Shown here piece after piece: positions 10,349 to 18,359 of a stretch of DNA of 64,000 bases. The notes under the pieces are model-generated. The model saw nothing but the letters and a program-made list of their open reading frames with translations, did not search any database and was not told the origin of the DNA. The stretch lies in NCBI GenBank assembly GCA_024405515.1, contig JAKSOR010000002.1, forward strand, positions 14,062-78,061, in the 5' to 3' direction. The DNA comes from Clostridia bacterium (lineage in GTDB: Bacteria; Bacillota; Clostridia; Christensenellales; CAG-917). Each line of letters starts with the position of its first letter. Position 1 is the stretch's first letter. The translations under genes and the position numbers were made by a program.

Positions 10349-13300
10349 TTATTTTGCGACAGTTACTGTAAGTGTTCCGTCAACAGTTGTTATGTTGTAG
10401 CATGATGTCACATCCTCGCCACCAGCATTCTTGATGATTACGCTGTCAATAGTGTTCGGGGATGAACCAGGTTTAAGCTGTGAGCCGCTTACTGTTACTG
10501 TGATAATATCTCCGGATGCAAGATCTCCGGTGATAGTGTATGTGGTGCATGTGAGTGCAACAGGGTCTGCTTTGTTGTATGTGCCCGATGCACTGTCTGC
10601 TGTAATTGTTATGTCTCTAGGTGTGACCTTGATAATTCCACAGTTTCCTGTGATTCTGTAGTACTTTGTGACATCATTTCCGCCTTCATCCACAATCTTA
10701 TAAGAAGCTACGTTATCTGCTTCGCCTACTTCTTTTCTTGATGCTGTTGCATTAAGATATTCAAATGAATGTCCGTCGGCAAGACCGGCAAGTGTTGCAG
10801 CCTGTTCAAGTGAAGTTACGGCAACGCCGTTAATTTTTATTGAGGATGATGAGTGCTCAGTACCGTCATATGTCACAACCATACCTTCTGTCTGAACGGC
10901 AATATCCTGCAGATATGTCTGCATCTTTCCGCCATAGTATGTGAACTTAAAGTCTTTTGTCACGTCGTTGCCATTCGGGTCGAGAAGAACAAATGAATCG
11001 ATGGCACTTGTATCCGTACCGAATCCGAGGAGTGTTCCGACGGTTTTTACTTTTTTGTATGTATATCCTTTTGCTTCGAGCTTCTCAAGACCTTCAAGAC
11101 CTGTCGGTGCATAAAGGGTATATGTTTCTCCGTCTTCGATATCTGCGGCCTTATAGGAAATGTTCACCGGTTTGACATAGTATGTTGCGCTTTTTTCTGC
11201 TTCGGTCAGAGGTGTTTCGTTTACGACCGTGTTTCCTGCGGTTGCATCAATCTGTACCCAGCCGATTCCGTTTACATAAACTTCCGTCCATGCATGGCGT
11301 TTCATATTTGTGATGGTTACCCATTCGTTTTCTTTTGCATATGCATAGTATCCTGAAACGTATCTTGCAGGGATACCTTTTGCTCTGAGCATCATTGTGC
11401 ATGCTTCAGCAAAATGAGAGCAGATACCCTGTTTATAATCTCTGAGGAATGCTATTACTTTATCCTGTTCGGAATCCAGCGCTCTGTCGTATGAGATATT
11501 GTAATCAGCTGCATTTCTTACATAATTTACGATATCCTCAACGGATACAAGACTGTTTTCTGCAATGATTTCATCAAGGAAAGTCTTTGTGTCTGAAGGA
11601 ATCTGGAGATATCTTCCTGCATTGCTTACAAATGCATAGTAATCAACTTCTTCGGAGGCATATGTGTAATCCAGAGGCTGACTCATTGCACTGATATCAT
11701 CATAAGTTAGTGAGTAATAATTTACTGTGTATTCACCGCCTTCAGGGCTTCCAGTATAGAGAATGTCACTTGTCTGAACGCCGTTTCCGTCCATTGCCAT
11801 ATAGTACGGAAGAACATAAGGGGAATTTATCAGTTTGATTGTTGCAGAAGAAGGTGTAATTCCTCCGTTTCCATCAATTACTGCGGATGTGAGATAGTTA
11901 TATGAATAAGTACCGTCTAAAAGTTCCGTATATTCGGTGCCTTTTGTCCATCCGTCCCCGTCATATCCTGTATAAGAGAAACTTCTTAAATATACAGGGC
12001 CGGTTTTATCTGCCTTGATGCTGAGCACACTGTATTCAGAGGCATACTCTTCTTCAGTTGAAAGGCCTGTTCTTTCCTTTGAGTAGACAAGGATTAACTG
12101 ACCTTCGTTTATTAAGATGTCATATGAATCAGTTACATCCTCATCGGTTTCAGGATCATATCCGTCTATTGTGTCAAAGAGTGATGCATCTGCCATAAAG
12201 CATACGAAAGTCTCTCCGTCATTTGTTGCCTTCACGTAAACTTTGTCAAAGTCCTGATTGAACCCGAGGAGGCTTATTGTTGAGAGTGAGTTGAAGGTAT
12301 CATCTCCTATAGTTATTGTGTTGCCGGTTGTAATCTTGATAAGACCGTCTGTTGAACTGTTTCTTCTGAAGATCTTAATACGTGCAAATGTGTTTGTTGC
12401 ATTTCCGATATAATCAAGGTTACCGTCAATTGTTGCCACAATATAATCAGTAGGGGCAGGTGAACCGTATGTGATATCAAATTCCTTATATGTAAGCGGA
12501 TGACCTGCATATTCTTCTGTTCTGTCTTTTGATCTTACCGTGATATCGCGCTCGACTATTTCAAGAGTTCCGTCAATAACTGTTATGTCATAGTTTGCAG
12601 TTACATCCTTTGATACTGCAAGAATCTTAAGTGAACCACTCTTCATTCCGTTGACTGCAGTGCCTACTTCATTTATTGAAGCGGATTCGGCAAGAATGAA
12701 TGTGAGCGTGTGACCGGAAATAAGTTCTCCTTCTGTGATTGTATAATCTTCTGATGTGAGTCTTAACGGAGTTCCGTCATACTGCTTTGATGCAGAATCA
12801 AGCTGAATGGTTATCGCAAGCGGCGACACAGTTAATGTGCCGAAGTCTTCAGTTATATCATAGTTAGAAGTCTTCGGGCTGTTTGCAACAATGTTTCTTA
12901 TCATATATGAGAAACTGTTGTCTTTTTCACCGGCATCTAAAATGGATGCATATGAACCGGAAACAACCAGTTCCTCGCCGTCAGCGATGACACCGTCGGT
13001 AATTGTGTATCCCTCACTTGTAAGCGGAGTTCCGTCATATGTCTTTGATGCGGAAAGCGTTGTGATAGTGAGAGTCTGCTTTTCAACAGTAAGTGTTCCG
13101 TATTCAGGAATAAGTTCATAGTTTGATGTGACGTCGTTTTCATCGGCATCTTTTACGAGAATTGAGAACTCGTTATCGATTGTTCCTGCATCGGTTAATG
13201 AATTAAGGAATGTTACCGTGAGAGTATGTCCGTCCGCCACAGTGGATTCAATAAGTTCATAATCCTGTTTTTCAAGCGGAGTTCCGTCATATGTCTTTGT

Positions 13301-14959
13301 TGCTGATAATGACTTAATATTAAGTGCTCTCTTTGCGATGGTTAATGTTCCCTCGTTAAGAATGAAATTGTAGTTTAAAGAATTATCTGTTCCGTCAGCT
13401 TTTGTCACGGAATATGTGATGGCGTTAGTTACTGAACCCGGTTCTGTCATTTCCGTATCAAGAGAGTAGGTCAGTATATCCCCGTCAGCGGCATCGCCTA
13501 CAGCGGTAATATCACCGCAGTCTATCTTTTCACCGTTATATACTTTGAGTTTATCCTCAGAGGTGAGGGTAATGTCTCTCTTTAAAATAGTGAATGTGCC
13601 GGTTGTTACGATAATATTGTAGTTTGAAGTTACATTTGTGTTGTTTGCATCAAATACGAGAGGACTTATCTTGTTCTCAATGTTTTCACATACATCTGTA
13701 ACTGTTGTCACTGCTCTGTAGTAAATTGTGTGTCCGTCGCATAATGTTCCGTCGGTTATTGTAAGATCGGCATCCGTGCTTGCAAGCGGAGTTCCGTCAT
13801 AAACTTTGGATTTTGTTGCACTTTCAACAAATAAATCACGAGGTATAACCTTGATTGTTCCGAACTGTGTATCAACAATATAGTTATCTGTTATATCGTT
13901 GCCGTCAGAATCTTTGAATGTCCATGTTACTTTATTAGGTGTTTCTCCGACATCAGTACGTGAACCTGTGTAGACAATATCAAATACATCGCCAGGAGCT
14001 ATTTCGCCCTGAACAATTTCATAACTCTCGCACTTAATAGGAGTGCCGGTGTATTCTTTGGTATCTGAACCGGTTTCGATGGCAATTCTTCTGATTCCCA
14101 CCTGAAGGGTTCCTTTCTGGCATGAAATAATATAGTTAAATGAAACATCATTACCGTCTTTATTTACAATCTTTACAGAGAAGTCATTAACAATGGTGCC
14201 TACGTTTGTGATAGATGAATCATTATCAACAATTATGTAGTCTCCTTCGACAAGTGAATCTTCATCCGTTTCAAAAGAAGTATCTTCAAGCGGTTCCCCG
14301 TCATAAATCTTTGAGGCAGAAGGGGATTTAACGGTAATGGAACGCGGTGTCACAACAAGTGAACCGAATTCTTTTGTGATATCATAGTTGGCCGTAACGT
14401 CTCTTGACTGTGAATCAAAAACAGTGACTGAGAATGTGTTTGCAACGGTTCCGACATAGGTTACCGACTGTGTGAAGTCAGCACTGATTCTGTGACCAGG
14501 TGCAAGTTTACTGTTCTCACTTATGGCATATTCATGGCTTTCAAGCAGTTTTCCGTCATAAGGTTTTGCCTTGGAAACGGAAGTAATTGTCAGTGGGGCC
14601 TTATTAACGGTAAGTGTTCCGAGTTTTATGTCAATTTCATAATAATCGGATACATCGGTGCCGTTGGCATCAACAATTGTTACAGACATATAGTTAAGGG
14701 AAGATCCAACCTCGGTCTGTGAACCATATACAACTACTTTCGGTGTATGGCCTGCTTTAAGACTTCCTTCTATTATCGAATAATCACTGCAGGTATGTTC
14801 CTGCCCGTCATAAACTGCTGTCAATGATGCGGATTCGAAGACAACTGATGATTTTTCGACATCAATTACATTGCCTCCGACCAAACCGAAAATGATTGCA
14901 AGAGTACTTGCAATTCCGATTACTACTGCACCTATGATGTAAACTAGTTTGTTCTTCAT
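10349..14959 (-). CDS. 1536-aa N-terminally anchored surface protein. It has about ten YDG/MBG-like repeats, a transglutaminase-like domain and two or three further repeats. No LPXTG, SLH or other C-terminal anchor was seen.
   Basis: ORF track. The N-terminus MKNKLVYIIGAVVIGIASTLAIIFGLVGG is a signal anchor. The recurring repeat is K.YDGTPL....Y.I..G.L..GH.L.......T..G...N.....I......DVT.NY.I....GTLT(V/I). The core reads DKVIAFLRDYKQGICSHFAEACTMMLRAKGIPARYVSGY...RHAWTEVYVNGIGWVQIDAT. The protein ends ...DGTLTVTVAK. Confidence 0.9.
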   Translation of the reverse strand: MKNKLVYIIGAVVIGIASTLAIIFGLVGGNVIDVEKSSVVFESASLTAVYDGQEHTCSDYSIIEGSLKAGHTPKVVVYGSQTEVGSSLNYMSVTIVDANGTDVSDYYEIDIKLGTLTVNKAPLTITSVSKAKPYDGKLLESHEYAISENSKLAPGHRISADFTQSVTYVGTVANTFSVTVFDSQSRDVTANYDITKEFGSLVVTPRSITVKSPSASKIYDGEPLEDTSFETDEDSLVEGDYIIVDNDSSITNVGTIVNDFSVKIVNKDGNDVSFNYIISCQKGTLQVGIRRIAIETGSDTKEYTGTPIKCESYEIVQGEIAPGDVFDIVYTGSRTDVGETPNKVTWTFKDSDGNDITDNYIVDTQFGTIKVIPRDLFVESATKSKVYDGTPLASTDADLTITDGTLCDGHTIYYRAVTTVTDVCENIENKISPLVFDANNTNVTSNYNIIVTTGTFTILKRDITLTSEDKLKVYNGEKIDCGDITAVGDAADGDILTYSLDTEMTEPGSVTNAITYSVTKADGTDNSLNYNFILNEGTLTIAKRALNIKSLSATKTYDGTPLEKQDYELIESTVADGHTLTVTFLNSLTDAGTIDNEFSILVKDADENDVTSNYELIPEYGTLTVEKQTLTITTLSASKTYDGTPLTSEGYTITDGVIADGEELVVSGSYASILDAGEKDNSFSYMIRNIVANSPKTSNYDITEDFGTLTVSPLAITIQLDSASKQYDGTPLRLTSEDYTITEGELISGHTLTFILAESASINEVGTAVNGMKSGSLKILAVSKDVTANYDITVIDGTLEIVERDITVRSKDRTEEYAGHPLTYKEFDITYGSPAPTDYIVATIDGNLDYIGNATNTFARIKIFRRNSSTDGLIKITTGNTITIGDDTFNSLSTISLLGFNQDFDKVYVKATNDGETFVCFMADASLFDTIDGYDPETDEDVTDSYDILINEGQLILVYSKERTGLSTEEEYASEYSVLSIKADKTGPVYLRSFSYTGYDGDGWTKGTEYTELLDGTYSYNYLTSAVIDGNGGITPSSATIKLINSPYVLPYYMAMDGNGVQTSDILYTGSPEGGEYTVNYYSLTYDDISAMSQPLDYTYASEEVDYYAFVSNAGRYLQIPSDTKTFLDEIIAENSLVSVEDIVNYVRNAADYNISYDRALDSEQDKVIAFLRDYKQGICSHFAEACTMMLRAKGIPARYVSGYYAYAKENEWVTITNMKRHAWTEVYVNGIGWVQIDATAGNTVVNETPLTEAEKSATYYVKPVNISYKAADIEDGETYTLYAPTGLEGLEKLEAKGYTYKKVKTVGTLLGFGTDTSAIDSFVLLDPNGNDVTKDFKFTYYGGKMQTYLQDIAVQTEGMVVTYDGTEHSSSSIKINGVAVTSLEQAATLAGLADGHSFEYLNATASRKEVGEADNVASYKIVDEGGNDVTKYYRITGNCGIIKVTPRDITITADSASGTYNKADPVALTCTTYTITGDLASGDIITVTVSGSQLKPGSSPNTIDSVIIKNAGGEDVTSCYNITTVDGTLTVTVAK
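11225..11450 (-). other. Transglutaminase-like Cys-His-Asp core of the 1536-aa protein
   Basis: GICSHFA (Cys codon 11420-11422), HAWTEVY and WVQIDAT motifs in canonical order and spacing. Confidence 0.8.
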
Positions 14960-14971
14960 AATCTTCCCGGT

Positions 14972-16384
14972 TTATGCATTTCTAGCAAGAGTTCTGATGT
15001 GTGTCTTGCATATCGGCATTCTGTCTACGCCGAATAATTCGTCTAAGTATGCACAGAGTTTATCGGCACTGTTTCTTAAGTAAACAGGGTTCTGTGCTTC
15101 AAGTTTTCTTATGACTTTCTTTGATAAAATGTCATCAAGTGCCTCAAGTTCGTTTCCGCCACATGCTACATATACTGGTATGTATGTCTTTATCTGCTTC
15201 ATGATTCGGTTACCGAATGTCATATGGAAGTTTTCAATTAAATATGCATCTAATTTCTCAAGTCTTCTCATATTTCTTGAGGTAATCTCATATTCTTCAA
15301 GTGCTTCTCTTGTCAGCTGATCGAACTGCTCTGCTGAAATGTGCACGTTCTTTGTCTTCGGTGCGATGAACGGTTCTGCTTTTGTATCAAGGTTAAGTAC
15401 CATAGCACGGTCATAAACCTTATCTGAGATAGCAAATGTAGAGTCGTCGTTGTTTGCTGTTCCTATAAACCACATGTTTACAGGGAGTTTTATTCTTCCG
15501 TTAACAAGTTCTGTCGGGTCTGTGTCCCATTTATCAGAAACTACGTCTAAGAATCTTTCATCCGGGTTAGGGAGTTCAAGGAGAGATAAGAACTCAGCAA
15601 AATAGTACTCGACACGGGCAATGTTCATTTCATCAAGAACTGTTACGTAAATGTCTTTAGAGTAGTTTGCTTCGTACATCTTCTCTAAGAGTTTTGTTTC
15701 ATTGAATCTCTGTGTGAATTCATTGTAGTAACCGATAAGGTCTGTTCTTTCTTTCCACATAGGCTGAACAGGGATAACAGTGGACTGGTTTTCAAGGAAG
15801 TCTCCGAATGCATGGGCAAGGGAGGTTTTACCTGTACCGGACATACCCTGAAGAATCATGATATGTGAAACCGAAAGACCTGCAATGAATCTTCTTATGT
15901 CATCAATTTCATAGTATAAGTGAAGCTTATTTGCTGCATACATATGGAATGAATCGCAGAATTTTTTAAGAGATATAGACTTATCGTAGTTTTCTCTCTG
16001 GTATGAGACTGCGTTCTGGTCTATCTGGGAAAGCATGCAGAAACGAGGAGTGTCGCCCTGTTCTTTCTTTTCTTTGACAGCTGACGGAGCAGCAACGCTG
16101 ATTCCGCCCTGAACCTGGATAGGGTTCTGACCATCGAGAACAATATCAATAGGCTCCGATTTTTTGGAAACGAACGATACTATGATGAGTATTACCAGGA
16201 ATACAGGCAGTAAAAGAAGGAATATGATAAGAACGTACATTGTTTCGGAATGTACAAGTGGAGGGTTGCCGCCTGCCTGTTCGAAATAATATGCGATGGA
16301 GAAAGCAAGCAATGCTGTCACAACGGCTATTGCTATGATAAATGCCACCATCATTATTATTTTCTTTGTTTTCTTATTTTCCAT
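14972..16384 (-). CDS. Membrane-tethered McrB-family (AAA_5-like) AAA+ NTPase, paralogue 1. It has an N-terminal 2-TM hairpin.
   Basis: Two hydrophobic helices sit at the N-terminus (IIMMVAFIIAIAVVTALLAFSIAYY and VLIIFLLLLPVFLVILIIVSFV). Walker A is ILQGMSGTGKTS (15824-15847). Walker B is VTVLDEMNIARVEYYFAEFLSLLE, which parallels McrB DEINRAN..FGEL..LIE. VIPVQPMW..TDLIGYY parallels McrB VQFHQSYSYEDFI.GY. The segment LPVNMWFIGTANNDDS...DRA parallels McrB IIGTMNTADRS...RRF. Confidence 0.8.
   Translation of the reverse strand: MENKKTKKIIMMVAFIIAIAVVTALLAFSIAYYFEQAGGNPPLVHSETMYVLIIFLLLLPVFLVILIIVSFVSKKSEPIDIVLDGQNPIQVQGGISVAAPSAVKEKKEQGDTPRFCMLSQIDQNAVSYQRENYDKSISLKKFCDSFHMYAANKLHLYYEIDDIRRFIAGLSVSHIMILQGMSGTGKTSLAHAFGDFLENQSTVIPVQPMWKERTDLIGYYNEFTQRFNETKLLEKMYEANYSKDIYVTVLDEMNIARVEYYFAEFLSLLELPNPDERFLDVVSDKWDTDPTELVNGRIKLPVNMWFIGTANNDDSTFAISDKVYDRAMVLNLDTKAEPFIAPKTKNVHISAEQFDQLTREALEEYEITSRNMRRLEKLDAYLIENFHMTFGNRIMKQIKTYIPVYVACGGNELEALDDILSKKVIRKLEAQNPVYLRNSADKLCAYLDELFGVDRMPICKTHIRTLARNA
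15000..16048. repeat. Direct repeat copy A: a 1049-bp tract identical to 18388-19436 (offset 3388 bp)
   Basis: Line-by-line comparison of about ten sampled blocks found no mismatch. The identical antisense ORFs in the track (15111-15320 and 18499-18708) agree with this. Confidence 0.85.
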
Positions 16385-16407
16385 ATTGTTCTTTTATATC
16401 TATATAT

Positions 16408-18357
16408 TTAGTTATTACTATCCATAAAGTCATCGAGTGACATTACTTCATCTTTTACGTTTGTAGCCTGAGGGATTTCATCCATATTCGGGATTTCTTC
16501 CTTAACTTCATCCTTTGAAACCTTTGCTTTCTTCGGAGCTTTGGCTTCTTTAGGAGCTTTTTCAGGCTTTGCCTCTTTGCCTTTTGCCGCTTTTTCTGCT
16601 TCTTTGTCTTTCTTTATTTCTTCCTTAAGTTCTTTTGCAGGTTTTCTTAAAACTTTCTTTCTTATGGATTTCTTTGTCTTATTCCATTCTTTCTCAAAGA
16701 ACTGCTGGAAGTATTCGTATTCTTTTTCGAGCTGTGCAAATCCTTCTTCGGAAGTGTAGTCATCCATTTCGCCTTCAAGTCCCTGAGCAGATCTTAATGA
16801 ATTAAGTCTTGCCTTAAGATGAGCAAATTCTGTCTGGAGGGCAATGAGTTCTTTCTGCTTTTCTGAAAGTTCCTGCTCTTTTGCCGCAAACAGCATATTT
16901 GCTGCCTGTAATTTCTGGGCATGGGCTCTGTCGGAATCCTGTTTGTCCTGGTACATCATTTCAATGACCTGGTCTTTGTGCTCCATATCTGCCTTAAGTC
17001 TCAGTTTTTCCGTATTGACTGCAGCAGCTATATCTTCATCTCTTGATTCTTCCATTTCCTCAATTCTCTCGTCACATTCTTCTTCCATAGCGGCAAGTTT
17101 GAGTTTGAAATCAGAGAGCTGTTTTGCATTTGTATAGGTAGCTTTTGCAAGTTCCTGCTGTGATTCATCGAGTTCTGCTTCAAGTGATTCAATCTGTTCT
17201 GATAAATCTTCTGCTTCGGAAGCCATCTTCTCAATGGTCTTTAAGGATGCAGCAAGGTTAGCATGGTCATTTTCAAGGGATTTGTTTCTTCCCTCAAGAA
17301 GTGCCATATATTCATCAGGATCACCACCATTTTCCTTTACATGTCGGCGTACGGTTCTGATTTTTTCCTGAAGTTTTAAGTCTTCTTCTTCCTTTCTTCT
17401 TAATTCTTCCTTCTCATAAGCGGATTTGTAGAGTTTCTTTATATCAAGGCCGTGTTCGTATGTAAGGAAGGCTGAAAGGAATATTACTTCAGAGAATTCA
17501 TCTCCGATGTCATCTCCGAACGGTGTTAATACCTTTGTTTCCTCGGTTATTGTGTATCCGTCTCCCTGGTAATCCGTGATAAAGGAGTATAGGGCAAGGG
17601 CGTTCTTGAAATTATGGTTCATCTTAAGAACGTTTGTTCTTGTGATAGGCGGTTTAATCATCGGTACTTTTGCAACTTCTTCCATGAGCGGGGTGGAAAG
17701 GAGTGCCTCTACGCCGATAAGACAGTTGTTGATTCTGTCGATGATTTCCTTTGATTTGTTATGTGTTGAAAGGTACTGGTCATTTAATCTTGTCTCATTA
17801 AGATCACAGGAGTATTCGAGAGTTTCGCCGTGGAATGAAATTGTCTTCTTCATTTTAAGTTTTCCGCGGTATGTGTTGGTTCTTTCAAGAATCTTCTCAT
17901 ATCTGTCCTGAATGAATGATCTTAAGTATGTGAGTACAAGATATAAGAATCTGTTCTCATATACTGCAAAATCACTGAATCTTTCAACGGAATAGAGAGA
18001 TGACGGAATAAGCGGTTCGCCTTCTTCCGGGATTCTGTCTACAAGGTTAGTGTGTTTTGCAAGGTGCTCAACGGATTCTTTTGATACATGCTTGATTTTT
18101 TCAATCGGCATGACTTCTCCGTTGCTCTGAATGAACTGACGCTGTTCGGCTATTGCTTTTTCAATATATACAAGGCCTGATTCGATCTGATTTACCCACT
18201 CCTCATCGATCTTGCAAACTGAACGGATAATCTCGATACGGTCATTTTCCGTACCTACGGAAGCAGCTATTGACCTGTAGGTCGTAGCTTCCTGAGATTC
18301 TTTCGTTATTTTGCGGTAATCAACCAGCGCTCGGTAATATAGATCGTATATGTTCAT
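16408..18357 (-). CDS. 649-aa cytoplasmic protein in the McrC position. It has a ~330-aa N-terminal globular domain (possibly McrC/DUF2357-like), a ~270-aa coiled coil, and a K/E/A/P-rich tail ending in an acidic stretch. No nuclease motif was recognised.
   Basis: The gene lies between the two McrB-like genes, with gaps of 2 nt and 23 nt. It contains the motif DFAVYENRFLYLVLTYLRSF and, later, PPITRTNVLKMNHNFKNALALYSFI. Residues ~330-560 are heptad-like and E/K/L/Q-rich. The tail reads KKDKEAEKAAKGKEAKPEKAPKEAKAPKKAKVSKDE...SLDDFMDSNN. There is no hydrophobic segment. Confidence 0.6.
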   Translation of the reverse strand: MNIYDLYYRALVDYRKITKESQEATTYRSIAASVGTENDRIEIIRSVCKIDEEWVNQIESGLVYIEKAIAEQRQFIQSNGEVMPIEKIKHVSKESVEHLAKHTNLVDRIPEEGEPLIPSSLYSVERFSDFAVYENRFLYLVLTYLRSFIQDRYEKILERTNTYRGKLKMKKTISFHGETLEYSCDLNETRLNDQYLSTHNKSKEIIDRINNCLIGVEALLSTPLMEEVAKVPMIKPPITRTNVLKMNHNFKNALALYSFITDYQGDGYTITEETKVLTPFGDDIGDEFSEVIFLSAFLTYEHGLDIKKLYKSAYEKEELRRKEEEDLKLQEKIRTVRRHVKENGGDPDEYMALLEGRNKSLENDHANLAASLKTIEKMASEAEDLSEQIESLEAELDESQQELAKATYTNAKQLSDFKLKLAAMEEECDERIEEMEESRDEDIAAAVNTEKLRLKADMEHKDQVIEMMYQDKQDSDRAHAQKLQAANMLFAAKEQELSEKQKELIALQTEFAHLKARLNSLRSAQGLEGEMDDYTSEEGFAQLEKEYEYFQQFFEKEWNKTKKSIRKKVLRKPAKELKEEIKKDKEAEKAAKGKEAKPEKAPKEAKAPKKAKVSKDEVKEEIPNMDEIPQATNVKDEVMSLDDFMDSNN

Positions 18358-18359
18358 TT

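Noticed and set aside
600-10405. About 20 plus-strand ORFs of 61-139 aa in the track, many containing recurring strings such as GVPSYVF, AVPSYVF or GTPSY.
   Set aside because: They lie antisense to the giant minus-strand ORF. The recurring peptide is the complementary-frame shadow of the conserved YDGTP codons in the repeats. None has a convincing RBS, and none tiles the region.
1-14959. A ~230-bp sequence periodicity that could suggest a CRISPR array or satellite DNA.
   Set aside because: The periodicity is in frame with long ORFs. The units are diverged rather than forming identical repeats with unique spacers. They encode a coherent protein-domain repeat. No cas genes are present in the window.
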